Part shown: positions 8,176-16,478 of the stretch, piece after piece
How the letters are laid out: each line of letters opens with the position of its first letter
How positions within the stretch are numbered: position 1 is the first letter of the stretch
Source of the DNA: Parvibaculum sp.
GTDB taxonomy: Bacteria > Pseudomonadota > Alphaproteobacteria > Parvibaculales > Parvibaculaceae
Reading direction: 5' to 3'
DNA length: 64,000 bases
NCBI RefSeq assembly: GCF_049651025.1
Contig: NZ_JBASBH010000035.1
Span: forward strand, 3,611-67,610
Notes under the pieces: generated by a model
What the model was told of the DNA's origin: nothing
The model's input: the letters and a program-made list of their open reading frames with translations, nothing else
Databases searched by the model: none
Made by a program: the position numbers and the translations under genes

Positions 8176-11100
8176 TCAGTTCATCGAGATGAACGTGATG
8201 CCTTCGCTCGGCGTCCAATTGCTCGGATAGGGCTTGTCGACGCAGATCCCATCAGCGGCTTTGCAGTTGCCGTCGATGCTGCCCGTCACGTCGCCGCCAT
8301 CGCCGCCGTTGCCGGCATTGTCGCCAGTTTGCGAAGCGACGGTGCTGCCGGTCGGCTGATCCGCCGTGCCGCCTTCATAGGTGGTGCCGGGGGCCTGGGT
8401 CAACGGATCGATTGTGAAGGTGCCGTTGATGAAGGCGAGCGCGTAGTTGGACGAAAGGCCAAGTGTGCCTTGCGTGATCGCGTAGTCGCCTGGAAGCGAG
8501 CCAGCATCGCGGGTGATGTCGCCAGCAAACTCATCGCCATTGACGAGATTGCCATTGGTGATCGCCCAGGTCAGTGCGGGGTCGTCTTTACCGAGCAGCT
8601 TGCGCAGATTGTCAGCCGTGACGGTGATCATACGCTGGGTAATCGTGAGATCATTGCCCACATAGTTGATCGTGTAGTTGCTGCCGACTGCGAGCGAACC
8701 TTGATTGATACCGTAGCTGCCGACGTTTTGACCTTCGTCGCGGCTCAGGCTACCGGACAAGATCGAGGTGCCCTGACCGAGTTTGAAGCCCGAGGCCGTG
8801 TAGCCCAGCATCGGATCATTCTCTCCATAGACCTTCGTCTGGCTGTTGGCCGTAACAGTCAGCGTGGCAGGCGTCACCGCCAGCGTGCCGGTGTTGTAGA
8901 CGAAGCTGTAGTTATTATCGAAGGCAGCCAGCGCGTAGATGTTGTAGTTGCCGACATTCGAGTTTTTGGTACCCGTCGTTGCCAGCGTGGCTTTGCGATC
9001 GATGACGCTCGCGTCCTGGCCCAAAACGAAGCCGGAGTAGGTCGCCGTCAGAAGAGGGTTGGCGTCGCCATAGATCTTCGACTTGTTGTCGGCTGTGACA
9101 GTCAGAACCGCCTTGTTCACCAGCAATGCGCCGGGGATATAGGTGAAGTTGTAATTGTTATCCAAAGCGCCAGCGGCTTTGATCGAATAGATGCCGGCGT
9201 TCGAGTTCTGCGTCGCGCTGGTCGTGACCGTAGCATGCGTATCGATAACCGAGGCGTCCTGGTTAAGCTTGAAGCCGTAATAGCTGGCCGTCAGCGCCGG
9301 ATTCACATCGCCATAAGTCTTCGACGCGCTGTTGGCCGTCACGAACAACGTCGCCTTGTTCACCGTCAACGTGCCAGCGTTAAAGCCGAGATTGTAGTTG
9401 GACGAAGCGGCCAGATTACCCTGCAGGATGCCGTAGGTGCCGACATCGGAGGCCGCGGTCGCACCGCTGAAAAGGCCGCCCGTCAGCGTATCGCCGTTGA
9501 CGAGATTGCCGCTCGTGATTCTGTAGGTGAGCGCCGGGTTCGCATCGCCGTATGTACGGCGCTTGTTGTCAGCCGTGACCGTGATCGCGCGCTGACCGAT
9601 CGTCAGGGTGCCAGCGACGAATGTCACTGCGTAGTTCGACGAAGCGCCTACTGTGCCCTGCGTGATGTCGTAGGTGCCGACATTTGAGGTCACGCCTGCC
9701 AGCGTCGCCAGATCGCCCGTCAGCGCATCGTCATTGACGAGGTTTCCGGCCGTGACGCCATAGGTGAAGGCCGGGTTCGCATCGCCATAGGTGCGGCCCT
9801 GGTCATTAGCGGTGACCGTGATCGCGCGCTGACCGACGGAAAGCGCACCGCCAGCATAGGCGATGTCGTAGTTGGACAGGCCCGAACCGATGGCGTTGCT
9901 TGCGGTGATCGCATAGGCGATGTCCGACGCGTTTGCCGTGACTGCGGTACCATCAGAAGCCAGCGTCACGCCCGACACGCTGTCGGAGTTCTTGAGGCCG
10001 GCAACGCTGTAGCCGGTCAAGGTCAGCAGGTCGCCATAGACCTTGCTGGCGTTCGACGCTGTGATCGTGAGCGCCGCCTTTGCGACCGACAGGCCATTGG
10101 CAATCGTCGTGCTCAAAGCGCCATAGGCTGCGGTGACACCATAAGAGCCAACGTTTGCCGTTGCGGCCGTTCCAGCGGACGTCAGTCCGATGGTCGAGAT
10201 CTGCGTGGCATCCAGAGTTTGGGTCGAACCGGTATCGGCCTTATAGGCTCCGGTAACGGCGGCGTGTCCGCTGGTGGTGAGCGAGGCTGCCTCGACACTG
10301 GACGAGGTCAGGTCGAGCGTATCGCCGTAGGTCTTGCTGATGGGCTTCAGCGTGACCGACAGGGTGTTGGTTGCCGTGTCATTGGCGAAGACATAGCGGT
10401 TGCCGAGCGCCGAAACGGCGCCAAGCGCTTCCACGCCCCACACGGCCGTGTTGCCGCTATCGAGACCACCGAACGTGTTGCCGGTCGAGCTACCCGCATA
10501 AACCAGCCAGTTGGCATTGCTGCCGCCGGTCGTCAGAGCGTTCGAGCCCGCCTTGTTGATGAACTTGCCGTCGGCTGCGACGGTGATCGCCGTGCCGTTA
10601 GCCGAGCGCGTCGTGTTGATGCCGTCGCCATTCGTCGATCCGTTCGCGAGGGTGATGTCGCTGCCCGCGCCTTGCGCATACAGAGAGACAATACCGTTCG
10701 AGAAGATGCCGTTTGCCGTGACAGTCAGGTCCTGCGAGTTGGTGAAGGCGAAGTTGCCGACGCGCGCATTGCTGGTACCTGCCGTGATCGACGTAACGGT
10801 ATTCGCTGTGCTGTCGAGCGTGACGGTCGGGTTATTGCCCGACGAGGCGCGCTGGATGCTGAGTGCGTTCGCGGCGATATAGCCGGACGTGCCGTCCATG
10901 ATGGCGCCGTTTGCACGCAGCGTGACATCGCTGTTGGAGCCGCTGGCTTTCAACGCATTGTTGATCGCGATGTTGCGCCCGGCTGTGAGGCTGACCGAAC
11001 CATCGCGGCGGTCCGTGTCGAGCGCACCGGTCAAAGTGACGTCGCTATTGTTGCCGTTTGCCTTCAGGCTGACATCGCGATTGAAGTAGATGCCTGCCGA

Positions 11101-12879
11101 GCCAACAGTCAGCGACTTGTTGTTGTTGAAGGTCAGCGAACCGATGCGCGCGTTTGTGCTGTTGCCGCCCGCGGTGAGCGTGCCGACCGAATTGGACGAG
11201 CTGTCCAGCGTGACACTGACGGAGCCGCTATTGCTGTGGTTCTGGATATCGAGATTGGCGACTCGCACATATCCATCGTTCTGGCCATTGGAGTTGTCGG
11301 TGATCGAACCGTCGGCCTTCAAAATCAATGCGGCATTGGCATGGCTGGCCGTAACGGCGCGATTGAACGTGATGTCGTTATGCGCGTCGAGCGTCAGGCT
11401 GCGATCGCTGGTCCAGTTGACCGCCGAGCTCACCGTGATATTGCCGCTCTGGTTGCCGCCGCCGCTGGTGCTGACCACGGTGTTGTTGGAAGCCAGCAGG
11501 TTCTGCAGCGTCGTTGCACCAAGCGTCGAATTGCTGCTGCCAGAGGTGACGCCGCCACCTGTGCCGCTGACAATGGTGAGGTTGTAGGGGTCGAGCAGCA
11601 GCATGCCGGTTTCGCCGGTTTCCGCCGTGCCGAGGAAGTTGAGCGCGCCCTTGCTCGATACTTCCGCGAAGCCGCCGAGGTTGCCTGCGCCGAGCGTGCT
11701 GACCGCGCCCTGATAGTCGGTGAAATCTTCCGACCAGAAGACGACTTTGCCGCCTTCGGCAGCGCTGCCATTGGCGGAGATTTCGGCGCCTGAAGCAACC
11801 GTGACTTCGGATGCGTTGGCCACATCGTAATCGACGAACTTGCGCGATGCGTCCTGGCCGCCGAACTGGTCGCCGCCGATGAGGATCGTGCCGCCCTTCG
11901 TGCCGTTCGCATTGACGCGCGCATTGGCGCCGAGCGCGACCTTGTCGGCCGTGGCGACGATGGTGCCGCCTGCGCCGTTTGCCTTCTGCGCTGTGACTGT
12001 GCCGTCGACTTCCACCGTGCCGCCTTCAGCGGTGAGGAAGACGCGTCCATCACTCGACGAAACGCCGGTCGCGGCGATAAAGCCGTTGGTGCTGCCCGCG
12101 AGAGCATAGACGTTGCCGTCGGCGGCGCGCAGTTCAGCGTCGGCAGCCTTGATGGCGCCCGCGTTGCGCGCTTGCGTATCCGATCCGCCCGCCTTGACGA
12201 TAAACTTGCCATCGGCAACCGAAGCGTCGCGCATCAGCACTTCATAACCGGCGGCGAGCGCCGCCGTGCCGTTTGCGGCTTCGATGGAGCCTTCGTTGTT
12301 GACCTTCGCGGCAATCAGCGCCACGTCGCCGCCGAGCGCACCGAGCTTGCCGTAATTGACGATGGCGGCCTTGCTGTCGCCCTTGAAGGTGAGGTCGCCG
12401 CCATTCAGGAAGTCGCTGTCCTGCACGTCTTGCGTCGAGGCGACGAAGCTGCCGCCGACGTCAATGATGCCGCTGGAACCGACGATGACGCCGTTCGAGT
12501 TGATGAGATAGACGCTGCCCGTGGCCGAGAGCGCTCCGTCAATGGAAGAGACGGTGGCGCCGGTCACCCGGTTGAGCGTCGCGCCGGTGCCGTTGTTGAA
12601 CTGCACCGAATTGCCATTGCCGATCGAGAAATCCGACCAGTTGACGATGCCGGCCCCGGAGGACTGGTTAATCAGCATCTCGTTTGCGGACGGAGCGCTT
12701 ATCACGACATCGCCTGCCACGACCTGAGCACCTGAGGGGAGCGCGCCTGCGGCGAACACCGGCTGCACCATCATGATGCTGATGGCGGTGTAGCTGACCG
12801 TGTTGCGCAGCGCTGTCCTGGCGGTCTTTGCGACGGCCTTAGCATTTAGTTTCGACACGAAATTCCCCTTATCGACCAA
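8176..12879 (-). CDS. TpsA exoprotein: filamentous-haemagglutinin-type N-terminal TPS secretion domain, beta-helical shaft, about eight MBG-type repeats, short Gly/Asp-rich Cys-containing tail
   Basis: 1567 aa. TPS domain motifs NQSSGAGIVNWSDFSIG, TLNRVTGATVSSIDG and YLINSNGVIVG. Repeats have the pattern (I/L)TVTA(D/N)x..(K/R)xYGDANPxLT...GxxLVNGDxLTG...VGTYxIxQG...SSNYxxxFxxGTLT. Confidence 0.9.
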   Translation of the reverse strand: MVDKGNFVSKLNAKAVAKTARTALRNTVSYTAISIMMVQPVFAAGALPSGAQVVAGDVVISAPSANEMLINQSSGAGIVNWSDFSIGNGNSVQFNNGTGATLNRVTGATVSSIDGALSATGSVYLINSNGVIVGSSGIIDVGGSFVASTQDVQDSDFLNGGDLTFKGDSKAAIVNYGKLGALGGDVALIAAKVNNEGSIEAANGTAALAAGYEVLMRDASVADGKFIVKAGGSDTQARNAGAIKAADAELRAADGNVYALAGSTNGFIAATGVSSSDGRVFLTAEGGTVEVDGTVTAQKANGAGGTIVATADKVALGANARVNANGTKGGTILIGGDQFGGQDASRKFVDYDVANASEVTVASGAEISANGSAAEGGKVVFWSEDFTDYQGAVSTLGAGNLGGFAEVSSKGALNFLGTAETGETGMLLLDPYNLTIVSGTGGGVTSGSSNSTLGATTLQNLLASNNTVVSTSGGGNQSGNITVSSAVNWTSDRSLTLDAHNDITFNRAVTASHANAALILKADGSITDNSNGQNDGYVRVANLDIQNHSNSGSVSVTLDSSSNSVGTLTAGGNSTNARIGSLTFNNNKSLTVGSAGIYFNRDVSLKANGNNSDVTLTGALDTDRRDGSVSLTAGRNIAINNALKASGSNSDVTLRANGAIMDGTSGYIAANALSIQRASSGNNPTVTLDSTANTVTSITAGTSNARVGNFAFTNSQDLTVTANGIFSNGIVSLYAQGAGSDITLANGSTNGDGINTTRSANGTAITVAADGKFINKAGSNALTTGGSNANWLVYAGSSTGNTFGGLDSGNTAVWGVEALGAVSALGNRYVFANDTATNTLSVTLKPISKTYGDTLDLTSSSVEAASLTTSGHAAVTGAYKADTGSTQTLDATQISTIGLTSAGTAATANVGSYGVTAAYGALSTTIANGLSVAKAALTITASNASKVYGDLLTLTGYSVAGLKNSDSVSGVTLASDGTAVTANASDIAYAITASNAIGSGLSNYDIAYAGGALSVGQRAITVTANDQGRTYGDANPAFTYGVTAGNLVNDDALTGDLATLAGVTSNVGTYDITQGTVGASSNYAVTFVAGTLTIGQRAITVTADNKRRTYGDANPALTYRITSGNLVNGDTLTGGLFSGATAASDVGTYGILQGNLAASSNYNLGFNAGTLTVNKATLFVTANSASKTYGDVNPALTASYYGFKLNQDASVIDTHATVTTSATQNSNAGIYSIKAAGALDNNYNFTYIPGALLVNKAVLTVTADNKSKIYGDANPLLTATYSGFVLGQDASVIDRKATLATTGTKNSNVGNYNIYALAAFDNNYSFVYNTGTLAVTPATLTVTANSQTKVYGENDPMLGYTASGFKLGQGTSILSGSLSRDEGQNVGSYGINQGSLAVGSNYTINYVGNDLTITQRMITVTADNLRKLLGKDDPALTWAITNGNLVNGDEFAGDITRDAGSLPGDYAITQGTLGLSSNYALAFINGTFTIDPLTQAPGTTYEGGTADQPTGSTVASQTGDNAGNGGDGGDVTGSIDGNCKAADGICVDKPYPSNWTPSEGITFISMN
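8404..10368 (-). repeat. Tandem coding repeats of about 79-81 codons (MBG-type modules) inside tpsA
   Basis: At least eight protein-level repeats. At DNA level the 25-mer gtgaccgtgatcgcgcgctgaccga occurs identically at 9575-9599 and 9812-9836 (237-bp offset). Confidence 0.8.
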
Positions 12880-13524
12880 TGAGATACCGTCAGGAGAGCA
12901 AGGTTCGTGCCGCTCCTGTTTCCCAATATCCGACTCACTTTTTGAAAGTGTTCAGGCGGATTATCACGTCCCGAAATGGGATTTTCAAGTGAATTAGTTG
13001 GTAAATATCATAATGAGACAATGTCTCTATTCATCATTCATCTATAGATCGATGACATAGAGAATATTTTGTGTGCCATAGGCAGACACTAAGGATGAAC
13101 TGATGCCTGTGGATAAAATGGCCTCCATGAGCATGGCGAGGTACCAAACGATCGGACGCTAGGGAACAAGCGCCTCGCGAACAGGAAAACTCGCGGAAAA
13201 TTGCCCCTGCCGCAGAAGGAAGGCGGCGCAAGGAGGGCCCCGCCATTACTGGCCGGGCACTATTTGAGGGATTAACTACTGTCCCGATATAACGCGGCCC
13301 ACAATCGCGCCAGGCGTCCGATTGAAAGTGGGACACCCTGCCCCGTCAAAATCGGACGGTCGGCGAGCCATTCATATAATCATTATACGGATGAATATGC
13401 CGGCGATATGCGCCTGACCATCAGGCAAGTCCGCGGGAAACGCCGTCGATCACAGAGATTCGCCGCGTCCGCCCTGTTTCAAGGCAGCGCCTGCAAGCTC
13501 GTTGGCCCGGTATAAAAGGGAGAT

Positions 13525-13599
13525 TGGCTGGGGCGGGAGGATTCGAACCTCCGTATGACGGAATCAAAATCCGTTGCCTTACCACTTGGCGACGCCCCA
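13525..13599 (-). tRNA. tRNA-Gln (anticodon UUG)
   Basis: Reverse complement is TGGGGCGTCGCCAAGTGGTAAGGCAACGGATTTTGATTCCGTCATACGGAGGTTCGAATCCTCCCGCCCCAGCCA. Cloverleaf fits: acceptor TGGGGCG/CGCCCCA, anticodon stem ACGGA/TCCGT, loop TTTTGAT, TPsiC GGTTCGAATCC, encoded CCA. Closely resembles E. coli tRNA-Gln. Confidence 0.95.
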
Positions 13600-13640
13600 G
13601 CAGTATCACAGGTGCGTAGCGACTCTGCGAAACGGGGCGG

Positions 13641-13669
13641 AAGATAGCGGCATCGGGTTGGGGGTGCAA
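13641..13669 (-). promoter_or_regulatory. Candidate sigma70-type promoter for tRNA-Gln
   Basis: The minus strand reads TTGCAC-N17-TATCTT about 40 nt upstream of the tRNA 5' end. Confidence 0.35.
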
Positions 13670-13707
13670 CTCCCTGGAAATCGGTTCGTTTGCGCGCGTT
13701 TGGCCTC

Positions 13708-13736
13708 TTGCAGCCCCCCGGCCGGGAGGCTATAAC
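13708..13736 (+). promoter_or_regulatory. Candidate sigma70-type promoter for tRNA-Pro
   Basis: TTGCAG-N17-TATAAC ending 19 nt upstream of the tRNA 5' end. Confidence 0.4.
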
Positions 13737-13754
13737 GCCGCCTCAGATTGGATA

Positions 13755-13831
13755 CGGAGTGTGGCGCAGTCTGGTAGCGCACCTCGTTCGGGACGAGGGG
13801 GTCGGAGGTTCGAATCCTCTCACTCCGACCA
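13755..13831 (+). tRNA. tRNA-Pro (anticodon CGG)
   Basis: CGGAGTGTGGCGCAGTCTGGTAGCGCACCTCGTTCGGGACGAGGGGGTCGGAGGTTCGAATCCTCTCACTCCGACCA. Acceptor CGGAGTG/CACTCCG, anticodon stem CCTCG/CGAGG with loop TTCGGGA, encoded CCA. Near-identical architecture to E. coli tRNA-Pro. Confidence 0.95.
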
Positions 13832-13985
13832 ATCTAGCCGCTGGTTTCTGCTTTCCCGAAAAGCACGCTCAACAGAAACCCGGACAAAACTCCATATCCA
13901 GCATATCCGATGCCGTTCGCAGGCCTGCAAAACTGCGGGCGTGCTGCAGGTGTCGCTTCCAAACGCATCGCTGCATGTGCCCGAT

Positions 13986-14013
13986 TTGACAGGCCCGGCG
14001 CGAAACCTATTAT
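13986..14013 (+). promoter_or_regulatory. Near-consensus sigma70-type promoter driving the riboswitch/btuB leader
   Basis: TTGACA (13986-13991), a 16-nt spacer, then TATTAT (14008-14013), immediately upstream of the riboswitch. Confidence 0.5.
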
Positions 14014-14014
14014 G

Positions 14015-14250
14015 CGCCCTGCTCGATGGTTCCCGAGGCGCGAAGGTTCGCGGCTGAGGGAGGCAAGAGGGAACAGGGTGAGGCAAGCGTCTTCGACAAG
14101 AAGGCTCGAGCCGATGCCCTGGCTGCCCCCGCAACTGTAAGCGGCGAGGCCTCGTTCGAAAAAGCCACTGTTGATTGCGCCTTTTGCGGGCACACACAAC
14201 GGGAAGGCGGAACAAGGCCGATGACCCGTGAGCCAGGAGACCTGCCATTA
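14015..14250 (+). promoter_or_regulatory. Cobalamin (B12) riboswitch
   Basis: Contains the hallmark conserved blocks in the correct order: GGTTCC, AGAGGGAACAGGGTGA, GCTGCCCCCGCAACTGTAA, GCCACTG, GGGAAGGC and the B12 box AGCCAGGAGACCTGCC (14231-14246). Lies upstream of a BtuB-like receptor. Confidence 0.85.
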
Positions 14251-14463
14251 AGCGCGTCATCTACCGGTGGCCGGGGTGTGCCAACGGGGCGGCTTGTCCG
14301 CATGGGTGACGCGTCGGTTTCGCGTCCCTTGCGGTGTTCCTGCCGCATCGTGTTGTGCGGTCTGTCGCGTCTTCTCCATGGGCTTCCCCGCTCTGTTTGT
14401 TCGCGCCCCACGTCGCCGGTCCATGCGGCCGGGGTTGGCCGCGAACGACACGATGGGGTTCTT

Positions 14464-16425
14464 ATGAACAACTCAATGCCCAATGGGCGCCGCCTGGGAG
14501 CGGCCCTCTTCACTCTTGCGGCGATATCCGCAAGTCCTGCTCTTGCCGATCAAACCGCAAGCATAGCGCCTGAGCTTCTGATCACGGCGGGCACCATGCC
14601 GCTGCCGACGAAGGAAGTCGCCAGCTCCTACACAATCATCACGGCGGCGGATATTCAGCGTTTTCAATATCGCACCGTTGTCGACGCGTTGAAGTCCGTT
14701 CCGGGCGTTCACATTGTGCAACAGGGCGGTTCAGGCTCGCTCGCCTATGCCTTTACGCGCGGCGGCAACTCCAACCAGACGCTCGTTTTGTTGAACGGGC
14801 AGCCTGTGAGCGACCCCGCCTCCCCTTCCAACGCTTTCAACTTCGCCTTCCTCACGCTTGAAAATGTCGAGCGCATCGAGGTGGTGCGCGGGCCGCAAAG
14901 CGCGCTTTATGGCAGCCAGGCGATCGGCGGCGTCATCAACATCATCACAAAGCAAGGCACGGCCACGCCGTCGAATACGCTCAGCGTTGAAGCCGGATCG
15001 CGCGGCTCGCTGAATACGAGCATCACGTCGAGCGGCAGCGTCGGCAAGACCAACTACTTTGCGTCTCTCGCGCGGCAGGCCACGAACGGCAACGACATTA
15101 CGCCGTCGAGATATCGCCTCGGTACGCCGGAGGAGAAAGATGGCAATGAGGACATCAACGGCTCGCTGCAACTCAACAGTGCGCTCAACGAGCTGGTGAC
15201 CGCATCTGCCTTCGCGCAATTCGGCGATACGCGCAATGCATCCGATACGAGTTTTGGAGGCATCGACGCCGGTGCGAAGACGATCCAGCTTTTTCTCAGC
15301 GGCTCGATCGAAGGTAAATTCGCAGGCGGCGTCTGGACGCCGAAGCTCAACACCTCGTTCACGAAATATCATCGCAACGATGTGGACTATCCCGACGTCC
15401 TCTCGGTGGACGACAGCCAGAGCAACAATCGCGGCGAACGCTTCACGCTGAGCGCGGACAATGCATTCAAGCTCGCCGATTGGAACCTGCTGACGATCGG
15501 CGCGGAATATGCGCATGAGACATTCACGTCGAATGGCTATCTGTTCATTCCCGATCCTGTGTGGGGCGACTATCTCTCGGTGGCGGATTCGGCGGCTGCC
15601 ACATCGTCAACGGCGATATATGGATCGAACCATGTCGATCTCGGCGGACGGTTCTTTGCCACCGTCAGCGGTCGCTATGACATGCCCAAGGATTTCGGCA
15701 ATCAGTTCACCTATTCGATTGCACCCGGCTATTACATCGAAGAAACCGATACGCGTCTGACGGCGAGCTATGGCACGGCCTTCAAGGTGCCCGCACTGTT
15801 CGAGCGCTATGGTTTCACGGCGACAACCTATGGCGACTATCACGGCAATCCCAATCTGAAGCCTGAAAAAAGCCGCGGCTGGGAAGTGGGCGTCGATCAG
15901 GGGCTGTTTGGCGACTATGCCAAGGTCGGCCTGACTTATTTCAAGAGCCGTATCGAGGATTCCATCCGGCAGGATGCGTTCTTCACGACGTCGATCAACA
16001 GCCCGACCTTCCATGCGTCGGGCGTGGAGAGCTATATCGAAATCGATCCGCTGCCCAATGTCTCGGCACGTCTCGACTACACCTATACGCTGATCGACAA
16101 GGGGGCGGCGGCGACGCCGATCCTTCGTCGGCCCCGCCATATCGTCAGCGGAACGCTCGGCTGGCAGGTTGACGACAAGACGGACCTTGGCCTCAATGTC
16201 GAATGGGTCGCCAATTATTTCGATGTTTACAACAGCCCCGTCGTCTTCGGCATTTTCAAGGCGAGCCCCTATGCGGTCGTGAATATCAGCGGATCGCATC
16301 AGCTTACCGACAGCGTGAAGCTGACGGCGCGGATCAACAATCTGCTGAACAAGCAATATGAGCCGGCAGATGGATTCCAGGCGCAGGGCTTCGAAGCCTT
16401 TGCGGGCATCGCCTATACGTTCTGA
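14464..16425 (+). CDS. btuB: TonB-dependent outer-membrane receptor, BtuB-like (cobalamin/corrinoid uptake inferred from the riboswitch)
   Basis: Signal peptide MNNSMPNGRRLGAALFTLAAISASPALA. TonB-box-like ELLITAG. Plug region VDALKSVPGVHIVQQGGSGSLAYAFTRGGNSNQTLVLLNG ... RIEVVRGPQSALYGSQAIGGVINIITK resembles BtuB. Terminal aromatic residue (AYTF). The track start at 14026 would translate the riboswitch and was rejected. Confidence 0.85.
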   Translation: MNNSMPNGRRLGAALFTLAAISASPALADQTASIAPELLITAGTMPLPTKEVASSYTIITAADIQRFQYRTVVDALKSVPGVHIVQQGGSGSLAYAFTRGGNSNQTLVLLNGQPVSDPASPSNAFNFAFLTLENVERIEVVRGPQSALYGSQAIGGVINIITKQGTATPSNTLSVEAGSRGSLNTSITSSGSVGKTNYFASLARQATNGNDITPSRYRLGTPEEKDGNEDINGSLQLNSALNELVTASAFAQFGDTRNASDTSFGGIDAGAKTIQLFLSGSIEGKFAGGVWTPKLNTSFTKYHRNDVDYPDVLSVDDSQSNNRGERFTLSADNAFKLADWNLLTIGAEYAHETFTSNGYLFIPDPVWGDYLSVADSAAATSSTAIYGSNHVDLGGRFFATVSGRYDMPKDFGNQFTYSIAPGYYIEETDTRLTASYGTAFKVPALFERYGFTATTYGDYHGNPNLKPEKSRGWEVGVDQGLFGDYAKVGLTYFKSRIEDSIRQDAFFTTSINSPTFHASGVESYIEIDPLPNVSARLDYTYTLIDKGAAATPILRRPRHIVSGTLGWQVDDKTDLGLNVEWVANYFDVYNSPVVFGIFKASPYAVVNISGSHQLTDSVKLTARINNLLNKQYEPADGFQAQGFEAFAGIAYTF

Positions 16426-16448
16426 TCGAACGCGAGTGAACGAGAATG

Positions 16449-16478
16449 AACGCGGGGAGGAACACTCCCCGCGTTTTT
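16449..16478. terminator. Bidirectional intrinsic terminator
   Basis: aacgcggggag-gaaca-ctccccgcgtt followed by TTTTT, between the convergent btuB-like gene and an enoyl-CoA hydratase gene. Confidence 0.7.

Noticed and set aside
8404-10368. Regularly spaced repeats that could be mistaken for a CRISPR-like array
   Set aside because: The period is about 240 bp, the repeats are in frame inside a continuous ORF, and they encode MBG protein modules. There are no short direct repeats with unique spacers and no cas genes.
7735-11793. Long plus-strand ORFs (7735-9687, 650 aa; 10219-11793, 524 aa; and several shorter ones) inside tpsA/tpsB
   Set aside because: They lie antisense to the TPS genes. 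Their repetitive R/A/G/D/V composition simply mirrors the tpsA repeats, and no domains were found.
13034-13669. ORFs 13034-13336 and 13421-13669 (minus) and 13690-14057 (plus) around the tRNAs
   Set aside because: They overlap the tRNA genes or their promoters, or lie in the AT-rich spacer without an RBS or recognisable motifs.
12880-13831. Genomic-island hallmarks (integrase, att repeats, IS elements) next to the tRNA genes
   Set aside because: No integrase or transposase ORF and no tRNA 3'-end duplication is visible within the window, so an island call is not supported. I recorded only the compositional and positional observation.
14026-14463. N-terminal 146-codon extension of the TonB-dependent receptor ORF
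   Set aside because: This stretch is the cobalamin riboswitch and its expression platform. A proper signal peptide starts at the ATG at 14464.
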